Source of the DNA: Fibrobacterales bacterium
Lineage (GTDB): Bacteria > Fibrobacterota > Fibrobacteria > Fibrobacterales > JAOPTW01
NCBI GenBank assembly: GCA_051532035.1
Contig: JAOPTW010000017.1
Location: 1-43,956, forward strand
Length of the DNA stretch: 43,956 bases
Reading direction: 5' to 3'
Below, piece after piece: positions 28,133-37,666 of the stretch. Below the pieces are notes generated by a model that ran no database searches, was not told the origin of the DNA, and was given only the letters and a program-made list of their open reading frames with translations. Each line of letters begins with the position of its first letter. The stretch's first letter is position 1. A program made the position numbers and the translations under genes.

Positions 28133-28356
28133 AGAGTTCTTCTCATAAAGGACGATATGGGTATTTAGAGGTACCCTTTTATCAATTCCACCCAAATATA
28201 CCTAAATATTCCGCAAAGTATACAGGGGAAGCTATAAACCTCTATCCATTGATTAAGTATTAACAGAAATATTCATGTTTTAGCCTTTTGAGTCTCCTGA
28301 TAGCCACTCAAATACTAATTTGCATACTACATGTTTTCTTTTACTCAAAAGTTCGT

Positions 28357-28722
28357 ATGAAAAGGTCAAAAGACACTCAGGTTCAGGTATTTCTCGATGA
28401 TAAAAAAGGCTCAAATGAGCTTCACTACAAAATTCTTCAAAAACTGAGAACGATTGTATTAGATGCGCTTCCCAATGTTGATGAACGGATGATGTATGGT
28501 GGTATTATGTTTTCACTGGAAGATGACCTTGGCAATGATGAGGATTTTGGTGGGATATTCTCAAGTAAAAAACATGTCTCTTTTGAATTTTCTCAGGGAT
28601 ATACTCTCGATGACCCCAAGAAAAAACTTGAAGGTACAGGAAAATACCGTCGTCATTTAAAAGTGAAAGAACTCAGTGACATTACCGATAAAGATGTATT
28701 GTTTTTTGTAGAGCAGATCTAA
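28357..28722 (+). CDS. DUF1801 (YdhG-like) protein
   Basis: ERMMYGG, KKHVSFEFS.G..L.DP...LEGTGKYRRHLK. Confidence 0.82.
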   Translation: MKRSKDTQVQVFLDDKKGSNELHYKILQKLRTIVLDALPNVDERMMYGGIMFSLEDDLGNDEDFGGIFSSKKHVSFEFSQGYTLDDPKKKLEGTGKYRRHLKVKELSDITDKDVLFFVEQI

Positions 28723-28749
28723 TGCGCTTTTTAAAACCTATCAAAAAGG

Positions 28750-29163
28750 CTACATACGACCTTTTATGGCACCAAGAAACTTTTCAAATCCAGAAAACTT
28801 GATATTGTAATTATATTGAATTTGGTTTTCGGCTAACTTTGACATTTCTAAATCAATATCAACGTTATTAATTTCCCCAGGAAGAGTCGCGTCATTTGAC
28901 TCTCTGGCAAATGCTTTCACTTTTTGAACAGCAGCATCTTTTCCAATTTCAAAATGATTTTCATCAGTGGTTTCGCCATCGACCTTTAATCGAAGGGCCG
29001 CCCTCACCTGCTCTTCAAAATGAACTTCTTTTCGCTGATATCCCACAGTTGTAGCATTGGCAATATTGTGAGATATAGCCCGATTTCTCATTCCATTGGC
29101 ATCAAGGCTCTTATACAGAAGAGTTCTTCTCGTTCCCTGAAACATGTATCCTCGTAAATCCAT
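28750..29163 (-). CDS. flgB: Flagellar basal-body rod protein FlgB
   Basis: SLDA..MR..AISHNIANATTVGYQRKEV.FE and NNVDIDLEMSKLAENQIQY motifs. Confidence 0.93.
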   Translation of the reverse strand: MDLRGYMFQGTRRTLLYKSLDANGMRNRAISHNIANATTVGYQRKEVHFEEQVRAALRLKVDGETTDENHFEIGKDAAVQKVKAFARESNDATLPGEINNVDIDLEMSKLAENQIQYNYNIKFSGFEKFLGAIKGRM

Positions 29164-29198
29164 TTTTATACCGTTGTGAAGTACACCCTTAGTTTAAT

Positions 29199-29214
29199 TG
29201 CAATAATTGTGCCA
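29199..29214 (-). promoter_or_regulatory. Sigma54 (-24/-12) promoter of flgB
   Basis: Minus strand TGGCAC-AATTA-TTGCA, an exact match to TGGCAC-N5-TTGCW, 35 nt upstream of the ATG. Confidence 0.85.
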
Positions 29215-29414
29215 ACATCAAAACACTAAAAAAGGGCTCATATCGGCTATTTACGGGGTAACTTTAGAGGAATATCACTTGGATGAGAATATTTTTCTCC
29301 AATAGGGAAAAATTGTACCGGTTATACCCTCATACTCCATGCTACTGCATAGACCATTGGATTACCACTATTTCACCTGATACCACTGGATAACTCTTTA
29401 AAAAAACCAGAGTT

Positions 29415-30146
29415 TTATTTCTCTAACACATCCTCAAGCACATCATAATATCGGTTGGCAATAAAGGTTGCGCCCGCTTCATTATAATGAATATAATCAG
29501 CTAACAGCGCGTCAGTAAAGTCGGTATACATATTGACCGTAATTACTTGAGATAAAGCCGTCGATTGTTCTGCTGCAATTGTCACTACATCTTGTTGTAA
29601 TTTAATAATGTAATATGAGCGCTCTAAAGTCATAATATACGACTGACCAGGCGCCATCTGTTCAATGACAATCGTGACATTTTGATTTCCAGCCTGAAGC
29701 ACATCTATAATGGAATTAATGTTAGCGATTGTTTCAGCATAAGGTAAACCCAGTATGCCATCATTCCCTCCAGGAGAGCTAAACAGTACAATGTCAGGGG
29801 TATCTATTTGACTTAACCAACCAGTAAGCCCATTTAAAATTTGTTCAGATGTCCAACCGCTTCTACCTTCGTGGTCTCCATCGAAGCTATTACCATTTAC
29901 TGAAGGATATGAAGCCCTATCAGTCTGCGTGCCAATAAAATCAAAGGTCCAGTTGTTTTCAATTAAAGCTTTCCAGAGCTGATATCTAAAACTTTCAAAT
30001 ACGGGTCTATCTCCTTCAACCCGTGATGCTCCTAAAGGCAGTATTTTGTTTATAGAATTATCCACTGAATTCACAGGAGAATCATCCTTAGCGCAAAAAC
30101 TTAATAACGCTACTGCTGCAACTATAATAAAAATTTTCATACTCAT
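29415..30146 (-). CDS. SGNH/GDSL hydrolase lipoprotein (CE3-like esterase)
   Basis: Lipobox-like LSFC; ILPLGAS, HEGRSGW, GGND and DYIH blocks; start at 30146 or 30140. Confidence 0.85.
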   Translation of the reverse strand: MSMKIFIIVAAVALLSFCAKDDSPVNSVDNSINKILPLGASRVEGDRPVFESFRYQLWKALIENNWTFDFIGTQTDRASYPSVNGNSFDGDHEGRSGWTSEQILNGLTGWLSQIDTPDIVLFSSPGGNDGILGLPYAETIANINSIIDVLQAGNQNVTIVIEQMAPGQSYIMTLERSYYIIKLQQDVVTIAAEQSTALSQVITVNMYTDFTDALLADYIHYNEAGATFIANRYYDVLEDVLEK

Positions 30147-30296
30147 ATTTATTTTAACATAAAACATTAATTGGATCAAAGCTATTCGACACTGTGCCCA
30201 AATAAATAATGTATCCTACAAAAGTTCGTTTAGACTTGTATTACTCGAATACATTCAATATAATCTCTAAAGAAGCCTATACCCTAATGAGAAATC

Positions 30297-33188
30297 ATGG
30301 GAAGTCACCAGGAAATAAAGAATCAGGATAGTGTATTTACACTGTATTCTACACTGGTAATAGCATTTTCATTGCTCGTGTTAGTATCATGTGCGTCTAT
30401 TGGTTTTCTCACCTATTTTTCAAGAGCCGAAGGAATTCGACTAGAACACTATCGGCTTCTTGAAACTCTACGAGATGAAAAAGCCAGGGTGATATCAGAT
30501 TGGTATCATGAACGGCTTGGAGATGTAAGGGTTACAACTACGCGCAAAGATATTCACTCACTTTATACCGTGAAAAGAAATTCCAAGAATTACCAAGCCA
30601 TTAAAGATGAGATAAAAAGTACATTACTTTTAATTGGCCATGAGTATGATTATGAGGCACTATTTTTAACAGACCCCCAGGGAACAACTATTGTTACTAC
30701 TGAAACTAATTTTGCAGATATGTCAGAGCTCCCATTACGAATGGCAACATTAAATGAGGTTATAAAGAAAAAGGCCGTTATCGTGTCTGATGTTCTCATT
30801 AGCAAAGTACATAACCGGGCCACAATCTTCATATTTGCACCTATTTTCTCTAAAGAAGCAAAAGAGTTTATTGGAATGCTCGGCATATTGACAGACCCAT
30901 CACAATGGTTGTATAAAAACTTTACCCAGAGTGAATACCTGGGTAGGACCGGTGAAATTTTATTGGTGAATAGGGATGGAATTGCACAAAGTCCATTAAA
31001 ATTTCAAAAAAATGCTGTTGCAAAAGCTGTCATTAATGCCGAGCCATCAAAACGGGGAGCGGAAGGTAAAGTAGGGAGAATCGAAATCAATGATTACCGA
31101 CCAGAACCAGTTATGGCGGCATATGGCTATATTGCCCCCTTTGATTGGGGGATTGTTGTAAAGCAAGATATGAAAGAGATTAATGCCCCTGTATATGCAA
31201 TGGCAATGAATGTAGCTAGTATAACCATAGGCGTACTGTTATTTGCACTTTTATTTGGCCTATTGATTGCCCGTAAAATTTCAAAACCAGCCTTGTCTAT
31301 AGCTGAAGCTATAGATGCAATCGGTAAAGGGGCATTCGACACTACGGTACCCGAATATGGCCCTACAGAGATTAGAAAAATCGCTATCAATGTGAATAGT
31401 ATGGTGAATCAATTGGGTATTATGAGATTGATCCAAACGAACATTAGAGAATTATTGATTGAAACCGGAAAGCACAATACATTGCATGACCTATTTGAAG
31501 GAGTATTACCCGTACTTGCTCAGAGTACCCATTCTCAAATGGGGGTTGCCTATACAGCATTAGACAGCTCTAAAACAGTGGAACTTAATTATGTATATGG
31601 AGGTAGATCTGATAATTTTGAACAGCAACTTTTAATAGATCCCCCAGATAATTTGTTAACAAAGTGCTTGAAAGAGAAAAAAGTTCAAATTTTTGATAAT
31701 CTTTCCGCTATTAAAGGGCTTGTAATTAATACCATAGCTGGCCCAGCACCGGTTCAATCCTTCATGACCATTCCTCTCATTCGACGCGGGGATACCATGG
31801 GAGTTATCGGGCTTGCTTCGTTCTATGATTTTGATACGTCACACATTCAGATTGCAGAAGAGGTGAGTACAACACTGGCTCAAGCGATTGAAATTTGTAA
31901 GACATTTGAATTATCAGAGAAAATGAGAAAAAATATTAACGAGAGAAATATTGAACTTCAATCTAAATCTCTGGAGTTAAATAAAACGACCGAAGGACAA
32001 AAAGCTCTTATTGTAGAGCTAGAGGAGCAAAAGCTGCAGGTTGCAGAAGCGGATAAACTCAAGTCTGAATTTTTATCAAATATGAGTCACGAACTGAGAA
32101 CGCCTTTGAATAGTGTTTTATCTCTGACACAATTCATATTGATGCAAGAAGGTGAACTCTCTGACGTCGATACTCGTCGCCGATTGAAAGTGGTTGAGCG
32201 CAATGGTGAACAACTTCTATCTCTAATTAACAATATCCTTGATCTATCCAAGATTGAATCGGGCAAAACAGATTTTTATGTAACACATTTTAAGATCATT
32301 GGTTTGATACAAACGTGTGTCACCTCAATGCAATCGCAGTTTGATAGAAAAGGTATTGCATTGAATGTTCATTGCTCAACAGAATTAATGATGGAGTCTG
32401 ACTATGATAAACTCCATCAAATTCTTTTAAACCTCTTATCAAATGCACATAAATTTACGGAAGATGGCGCCGTTGATATCGAAGTAATACATGGCAAAAA
32501 TACTATTGTAATCAATATTACTGATACCGGTTGTGGAATACCCCAAGAGAGTTTAGATCACATTTTTGACGAGTTCCGGCAGGCTGACGGTTCTATAACA
32601 AGAAAATATATGGGTACTGGGTTAGGATTAGCTATTTGTAGAAAACTGCTTGTACTCTTGGATGGCACCATTACGGTGGAGAGTAGAGAGAATGTCGGTA
32701 CAACATTTACGGTACTCGTACCGGATACATTTGATAAGGATAAAAAAAATGTTATTTCGGAATACTCTGCAACTGAAATAGAATCCACAATTGCCCCCCC
32801 AGTAGTTTCATCAAGAAAAAATAAAAGCAAAATTTTGATAGTAGAAGATAACCCAGACAATATGATGCTCGCTAAAGATATTCTGAGTGAAATGAATGTT
32901 GATATATGCGAGGCTTGGGATGGCGAAGAAGCGATACAGGTTGCAGCAGGAGAAATTCCTGATCTCATATTAATGGATGCGAATCTTCCCAAATTAAGTG
33001 GTATGGACAGCACAAAAGTAATTCGTCAAAATGAACAACTTAAAGATACTATTATCATAGCACTTACAGCCAAAACGATGGCGGGCGACAAGGAGCTGTT
33101 TATTAATGCGGGGTGTGATGATTATTTGTCTAAGCCTTATTACCCTAATGATTTGATTGATAAGGTTAATGAATGGTTAAATATTTAA
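30297..33188 (+). CDS. Hybrid sensor histidine kinase (Cache-like periplasmic, HAMP, GAF, HisKA, HATPase, REC)
   Basis: Two TMs; FLSNMSHELRTPLN; NLLSNAHKFT; DTGCGI; GTGLGL; LIVEDN...LMDANLP...SKP. Confidence 0.93.
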   Translation: MGSHQEIKNQDSVFTLYSTLVIAFSLLVLVSCASIGFLTYFSRAEGIRLEHYRLLETLRDEKARVISDWYHERLGDVRVTTTRKDIHSLYTVKRNSKNYQAIKDEIKSTLLLIGHEYDYEALFLTDPQGTTIVTTETNFADMSELPLRMATLNEVIKKKAVIVSDVLISKVHNRATIFIFAPIFSKEAKEFIGMLGILTDPSQWLYKNFTQSEYLGRTGEILLVNRDGIAQSPLKFQKNAVAKAVINAEPSKRGAEGKVGRIEINDYRPEPVMAAYGYIAPFDWGIVVKQDMKEINAPVYAMAMNVASITIGVLLFALLFGLLIARKISKPALSIAEAIDAIGKGAFDTTVPEYGPTEIRKIAINVNSMVNQLGIMRLIQTNIRELLIETGKHNTLHDLFEGVLPVLAQSTHSQMGVAYTALDSSKTVELNYVYGGRSDNFEQQLLIDPPDNLLTKCLKEKKVQIFDNLSAIKGLVINTIAGPAPVQSFMTIPLIRRGDTMGVIGLASFYDFDTSHIQIAEEVSTTLAQAIEICKTFELSEKMRKNINERNIELQSKSLELNKTTEGQKALIVELEEQKLQVAEADKLKSEFLSNMSHELRTPLNSVLSLTQFILMQEGELSDVDTRRRLKVVERNGEQLLSLINNILDLSKIESGKTDFYVTHFKIIGLIQTCVTSMQSQFDRKGIALNVHCSTELMMESDYDKLHQILLNLLSNAHKFTEDGAVDIEVIHGKNTIVINITDTGCGIPQESLDHIFDEFRQADGSITRKYMGTGLGLAICRKLLVLLDGTITVESRENVGTTFTVLVPDTFDKDKKNVISEYSATEIESTIAPPVVSSRKNKSKILIVEDNPDNMMLAKDILSEMNVDICEAWDGEEAIQVAAGEIPDLILMDANLPKLSGMDSTKVIRQNEQLKDTIIIALTAKTMAGDKELFINAGCDDYLSKPYYPNDLIDKVNEWLNI

Positions 33189-33238
33189 AAATTAATTAAT
33201 TTTGCGATACTATTTATAGAGTACATGGATAAGCATAT

Positions 33239-33526
33239 ATGGCGCTGGTTAATAAAGATGATTTAGCATACAACGATTACAGTTGGACAATATTTAGAGG
33301 CGATGATCCTCGAGTTGCCGGTGTACCTGATGATACTGTGTTCAACCTCAAGGAAGGGCATGAACTGTTGTATTTGATAAATAAAATGGCGAAGATCAAT
33401 AATTTTAAAAAATTATTTTCTGGTCTCAAAGTTGAACGAATGGTACGTCAATCATTACCCGAAGATATTGATACTCAACTAGAAGTCATGCAATGGGTTG
33501 GTAAAAACTGGAATTCATTTAAATAG
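33239..33526 (+). CDS. Small hypothetical protein
   Basis: 95-aa ORF with protein-like composition (YSW...GDDP..G.PD...FN.KEG.E.LY.IN); function unknown. Confidence 0.7.
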   Translation: MALVNKDDLAYNDYSWTIFRGDDPRVAGVPDDTVFNLKEGHELLYLINKMAKINNFKKLFSGLKVERMVRQSLPEDIDTQLEVMQWVGKNWNSFK

Positions 33527-33602
33527 TTATAATGAGTCACCCAAGTAAACCATAAATCAGATGAGATACCTGCATTAATCACAGGCCATTCTAGAGCCGC
33601 TG

Positions 33603-34277
33603 TTACATCCAAGCCTTTATAGCTTGTTGGATATCTAAGTACGCTTGCTCTTGGGGGACTCCCGATCGTTTTAACACCTTATGCGAATGATCACCACTTT
33701 CAACAATATAGAGAGTCGCCTGTTTTAGAGAATCACACACTTCGGTAATCAAATCTACTTTTGCAAAGGTATCACGAGTCCCTTGAATAAACAACATGGG
33801 TACCTGAATCTCTTTGAGATGTGCTGCGCGCTCAATACCAATCTTTCCTGGGGCATGCAATGGAAACCCAAAGTAAAGTAACCCTTTAATACCCATGGCT
33901 TGTTCAGCTTCGGCCAATGATGCCATTCGCCCACCCATAGACTTACCCGCTACCCAAATTTTTGTAGTACTTTTACCAATGGCGTCTTTATACACTTCTT
34001 TAGATTTCTCTACCGCACGACGTATGGTATCAATCAGCACTGGTGCTTTACTCGGGCCACCTTTTCCATTTTCTAAATACCCAAAGTTAAATCGAAATAC
34101 GGCAAGCCCTAGACCAGTAAGGATATCGGTGTAGTCTTGCATCGACCCATGATTCATTGGAGCACCAGCACCATGGGCAAATACGACCATTCCTTTCACA
34201 TTTGCAGGAGCCTCAAACAGATAGCTCACCGCCCCTGGTTTACAATCTACGGGAAATGTTCCCTTTGTATTATTCAT
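33603..34277 (-). CDS. Alpha/beta hydrolase (KANL3/Tex30-like)
   Basis: HGAGAPM, RFNF.Y, nucleophile elbow GKSMGGR, QGTRD.F, GDHS. Confidence 0.88.
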   Translation of the reverse strand: MNNTKGTFPVDCKPGAVSYLFEAPANVKGMVVFAHGAGAPMNHGSMQDYTDILTGLGLAVFRFNFGYLENGKGGPSKAPVLIDTIRRAVEKSKEVYKDAIGKSTTKIWVAGKSMGGRMASLAEAEQAMGIKGLLYFGFPLHAPGKIGIERAAHLKEIQVPMLFIQGTRDTFAKVDLITEVCDSLKQATLYIVESGDHSHKVLKRSGVPQEQAYLDIQQAIKAWM

Positions 34278-34412
34278 AATGAAGCCTTACCTTGGTTCTT
34301 AAGTGTGACTGCAAAAATAAAAATCCCCACGGTTACTGAGGTATTTATTTAAACATGGGTCCTGTATTAAAATTAAATAATGACTCTGTTGATACTATTC
34401 AAAAAATGGTAC

Positions 34413-34445
34413 AAAAAAAGGGCATATTCATTTAAGAAAATGCCC
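34413..34445 (-). terminator. Intrinsic terminator of the 34484-36559 gene
   Basis: GGGCAT...ATGCCC stem with an A7 run on its left (U7 on the minus strand). Confidence 0.7.
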
Positions 34446-34483
34446 CTTCAAAACTGTCAGTATTAATAGATTACAGATTCACT

Positions 34484-36559
34484 CTATTTTTCAAAGCGAA
34501 TGTTATCTACATAAAAAGTCATGTGCTGAATATTGTGAGAAGCAATAACTCTCAACCAAACTTTTTCTATAAATCTAAAATCAAATAGGTTTGTATCAAA
34601 TTCAGATAATGGAATTGCAACTTCTTGCCACTCATCGGTTATTCCATCAAGATATTGTGTTAATTCAATTGCTTTTGAATTACGATTATCATCCATCAAA
34701 AGTGCGATTGTAAATTCACTTCCCGGAACACCTTTAACATTAAACTTCATATATTCAGCTTGAGAAATATTTTTCCCACGTTCATAGTCTGAATCAGTTG
34801 GCTCTACACCAGTTCCACTTAAACTTGTAGGAATAAATGCATCTGCATAACTTGCAGTATTGTGATCCAAATCAAATTTGAGTGAACTCACACCAGTAAA
34901 CGCTTCTTCTTGAGTCATAACAATGTTACCCCATGAATTTGCAGTAAGGTAGTTATACTCTGCTGGCGATTGTGAGTGACTATAGCTCCATGCTCCATCA
35001 TTATTTAGGTCTTCATCAGCCCAAATAAAAGAGAATTCAGGAACGCTTCCAACGCGAACAATTTCCCACTGTTGATTAACACCACCAACGTAGTCCCACT
35101 GATGGATATTACCACCATCCCATGATGCCCATTCAGCAACATCAAGAGCTTTACCGCTCATAGCATTGAGAATTGAGTATGCACCATCACCGAGATCAGA
35201 AAGGTTCCACTGTTGATTCACGCCACCAAGATAATCCCACTGCTGCACATTTGCCCCATTTACCGTTCCTGCACCATCTAGTGCCTTACCGCTTGCGACA
35301 TTAATAATTTTTACACCATTTTCAGATTCTTGAATTCTCCACATTTGATTCTCATCACCATGAAGAGCCCACTGCTGTACATTTGCTCCATTTTCAGTTC
35401 CAGCGCCATCAAGTGCTTTACCACTCATTTTAGAAACGATAGTGTACAAGCCAAACTCATCAAGTTCACCAATAGTAACGATGAATATAGATTTATTATT
35501 ATCCGACGAATTTGTCTCCGTCCAAGCAATCTGACCATCACCAACAATAAGAGAGCCTTTATAATTATTATTATCAGTAAGTTGCGCTACTGATGTACCA
35601 TTATAGTGAAATGCATTTCGTGCATACACTTCAGTATCGGTTCCCATAAAAACAACGTCATCACCGCTAATACGTGGTTCATTATAATCAAAATCCTGTC
35701 CTGAAATTGATTGAGTTGTTGTGCCGTCAAAAACCATGATTTCAAAATACTCTTTTACATTACGATATTCATAGAAGTAATAATATCTGCTCATCCAAGC
35801 TACTTTACCATCTTTCAACAGGGGTCTTTTATCTCTAGTTTCGCTGTTACTTATATTGAGCGTCACGCCATCTTTGTAAGTAAAAATATCATCTTCACCG
35901 TCAACACCAATACCTGGAGCAGTCCAAACGATACGGCCATCTTCTACCTGAGCGCCTATAATCCCTCCGGTAACAGTAATCTGAGTCGTAACACCACTTT
36001 CCCACGAGTAGATATTATAATCAGTGTAGATTGCTCCTCCATGCCATACTATTTGGCCATTACTGATACGCGGTACGTCGTCAGTATAATCATTATCAGT
36101 TATTTGCGAAACAGTACCATTACTATATAAAAACACTTCAGTATCAGTGCCATCATACATAGCCCATACAACCTCTCCATTATCAATATCTGCATGGGTT
36201 CCCATACTCATATTATTTGGATTCAGGTTGATTACCTGTGTACCATCATAAAAATAGAGTGAATTTGGATCTTCACCCCATACGTACTGGCCATTATCGA
36301 TATCGTAAAATCTGTCCCAGTTTGTGTTAAATGTAAGACGTGCATGTATATCCCCATCAGTGGTAAATAACTCAGCGCCTTCGTTTTCTTCTGCTTCTGT
36401 ATTAAAATAGAGTGTCCCGTTTTCCAATGCAGTGAGGGTATATACATCCCCTACTTCCATTGATCCGAGTTCTTCATATTGATACAATGCGTGTGCTGTG
36501 CCCATGCACAAAGCACATAAAGTCACTAATGTTAATAGTGTATTTTTTATCTGTTTCAC
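34484..36559 (-). CDS. Secreted beta-propeller-repeat protein with ricin-B (CBM13) domain and C-terminal galactose-binding-like (CBM11/30-type) domain
   Basis: Signal peptide ending TAHA; EVFLYSNGTVSQITDN...PRISNGQIVW repeats; three SGKALD...QQW...NQ.W subdomains; WQEVAIPLSEF...FYVDNIRF; GTG start. Confidence 0.85.
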   Translation of the reverse strand: MKQIKNTLLTLVTLCALCMGTAHALYQYEELGSMEVGDVYTLTALENGTLYFNTEAEENEGAELFTTDGDIHARLTFNTNWDRFYDIDNGQYVWGEDPNSLYFYDGTQVINLNPNNMSMGTHADIDNGEVVWAMYDGTDTEVFLYSNGTVSQITDNDYTDDVPRISNGQIVWHGGAIYTDYNIYSWESGVTTQITVTGGIIGAQVEDGRIVWTAPGIGVDGEDDIFTYKDGVTLNISNSETRDKRPLLKDGKVAWMSRYYYFYEYRNVKEYFEIMVFDGTTTQSISGQDFDYNEPRISGDDVVFMGTDTEVYARNAFHYNGTSVAQLTDNNNYKGSLIVGDGQIAWTETNSSDNNKSIFIVTIGELDEFGLYTIVSKMSGKALDGAGTENGANVQQWALHGDENQMWRIQESENGVKIINVASGKALDGAGTVNGANVQQWDYLGGVNQQWNLSDLGDGAYSILNAMSGKALDVAEWASWDGGNIHQWDYVGGVNQQWEIVRVGSVPEFSFIWADEDLNNDGAWSYSHSQSPAEYNYLTANSWGNIVMTQEEAFTGVSSLKFDLDHNTASYADAFIPTSLSGTGVEPTDSDYERGKNISQAEYMKFNVKGVPGSEFTIALLMDDNRNSKAIELTQYLDGITDEWQEVAIPLSEFDTNLFDFRFIEKVWLRVIASHNIQHMTFYVDNIRFEK

Positions 36560-36885
36560 AAATGTCCCTTTTGTTTTTTTTGATGTAGTGCCCTGGGCTC
36601 CCCCCAGGAACCTATCTACGGCGCCAATATTAGTATTCCCTCATTTATTTCGTACTGCTTCTTTATGGTAAGCATGTTGTAACTACATTATTTACAATGA
36701 GAAGCTATACCCATTTCTAAAACAACCCTAATTGATAGATAATACCCCTCTTATGCTTGAAAAGGGCAATTGTACACCACCACATTTATAGAACTCATTG
36801 TAAACTCAACACAACATTTCAAATAACCTAAGCCCCTGAGTATAAACTGTGGTACAATCCTCTACAAACAATAACGGAGGCAATT

Positions 36886-37662
36886 ATGAAATTAACCAAT
36901 AATACCATTTTAATAACCGGTGGTTCGAGCGGTATTGGATTTGAAATGGCAAAGGTTCTAATCAAGCGCAACAATGTGGTCATCATCACGGGGCGTAACC
37001 AAGAGAAGCTTAATGACGTACAGTCACGCCTTCCAGGCATAATTACTATCCAAAGCGATGTGAGCAACCCACAGGATGTTCAAGCGCTTTATACTCAAGT
37101 GTCAACAGACTACCCTGACCTCAATATCCTGATTAATAATGCAGGGATTATGTGGACCATTAATTTACAGGATCACTCCTATAACCTAGAAGAACTCACC
37201 AAAGAGCTTGATATTAATGTTAAGGGTACTATTTGGATGAATGACCTTTTCCTCCCGCTCCTCAAAAAGAATCAAAATAGTGCAACGGTCACCGTCTCTT
37301 CTGGTCTCGCCTTTGTACCCCTTCCTATCTCTCCGGTTTATTGTGCAACAAAAGCAGCTTTGCACTCGTATACTCAATCCTTAAGAGAGCAACTCCGCAA
37401 TAGTGATGTTGCTGTTTTTGAACTTGCGCCACCTGCTACCGACACAGAATTGCTGGGCACCTTTGATGAAGAAAATTTGAAAGGTATCAGTGTAATGAGT
37501 GTTAAGGATATGGTGGCTGCATTCATGATAGGCTTTTCTAAAGATCGATTCGAGATACGCCCTGGTCAGTCAAATCAGCTGAGATTTATGAGTCGGTACT
37601 TTCCAAAATTCATTCTGAAACAGATGAGTAAGACCGTCGATACAATGCATGCAAAAGAGTAA
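36886..37662 (+). CDS. SDR-family oxidoreductase (DltE-like)
   Basis: TGGSSGIG, LINNAG, YCATKA; GGAGG SD. Confidence 0.92.
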   Translation: MKLTNNTILITGGSSGIGFEMAKVLIKRNNVVIITGRNQEKLNDVQSRLPGIITIQSDVSNPQDVQALYTQVSTDYPDLNILINNAGIMWTINLQDHSYNLEELTKELDINVKGTIWMNDLFLPLLKKNQNSATVTVSSGLAFVPLPISPVYCATKAALHSYTQSLREQLRNSDVAVFELAPPATDTELLGTFDEENLKGISVMSVKDMVAAFMIGFSKDRFEIRPGQSNQLRFMSRYFPKFILKQMSKTVDTMHAKE

Positions 37663-37666
37663 TGAC

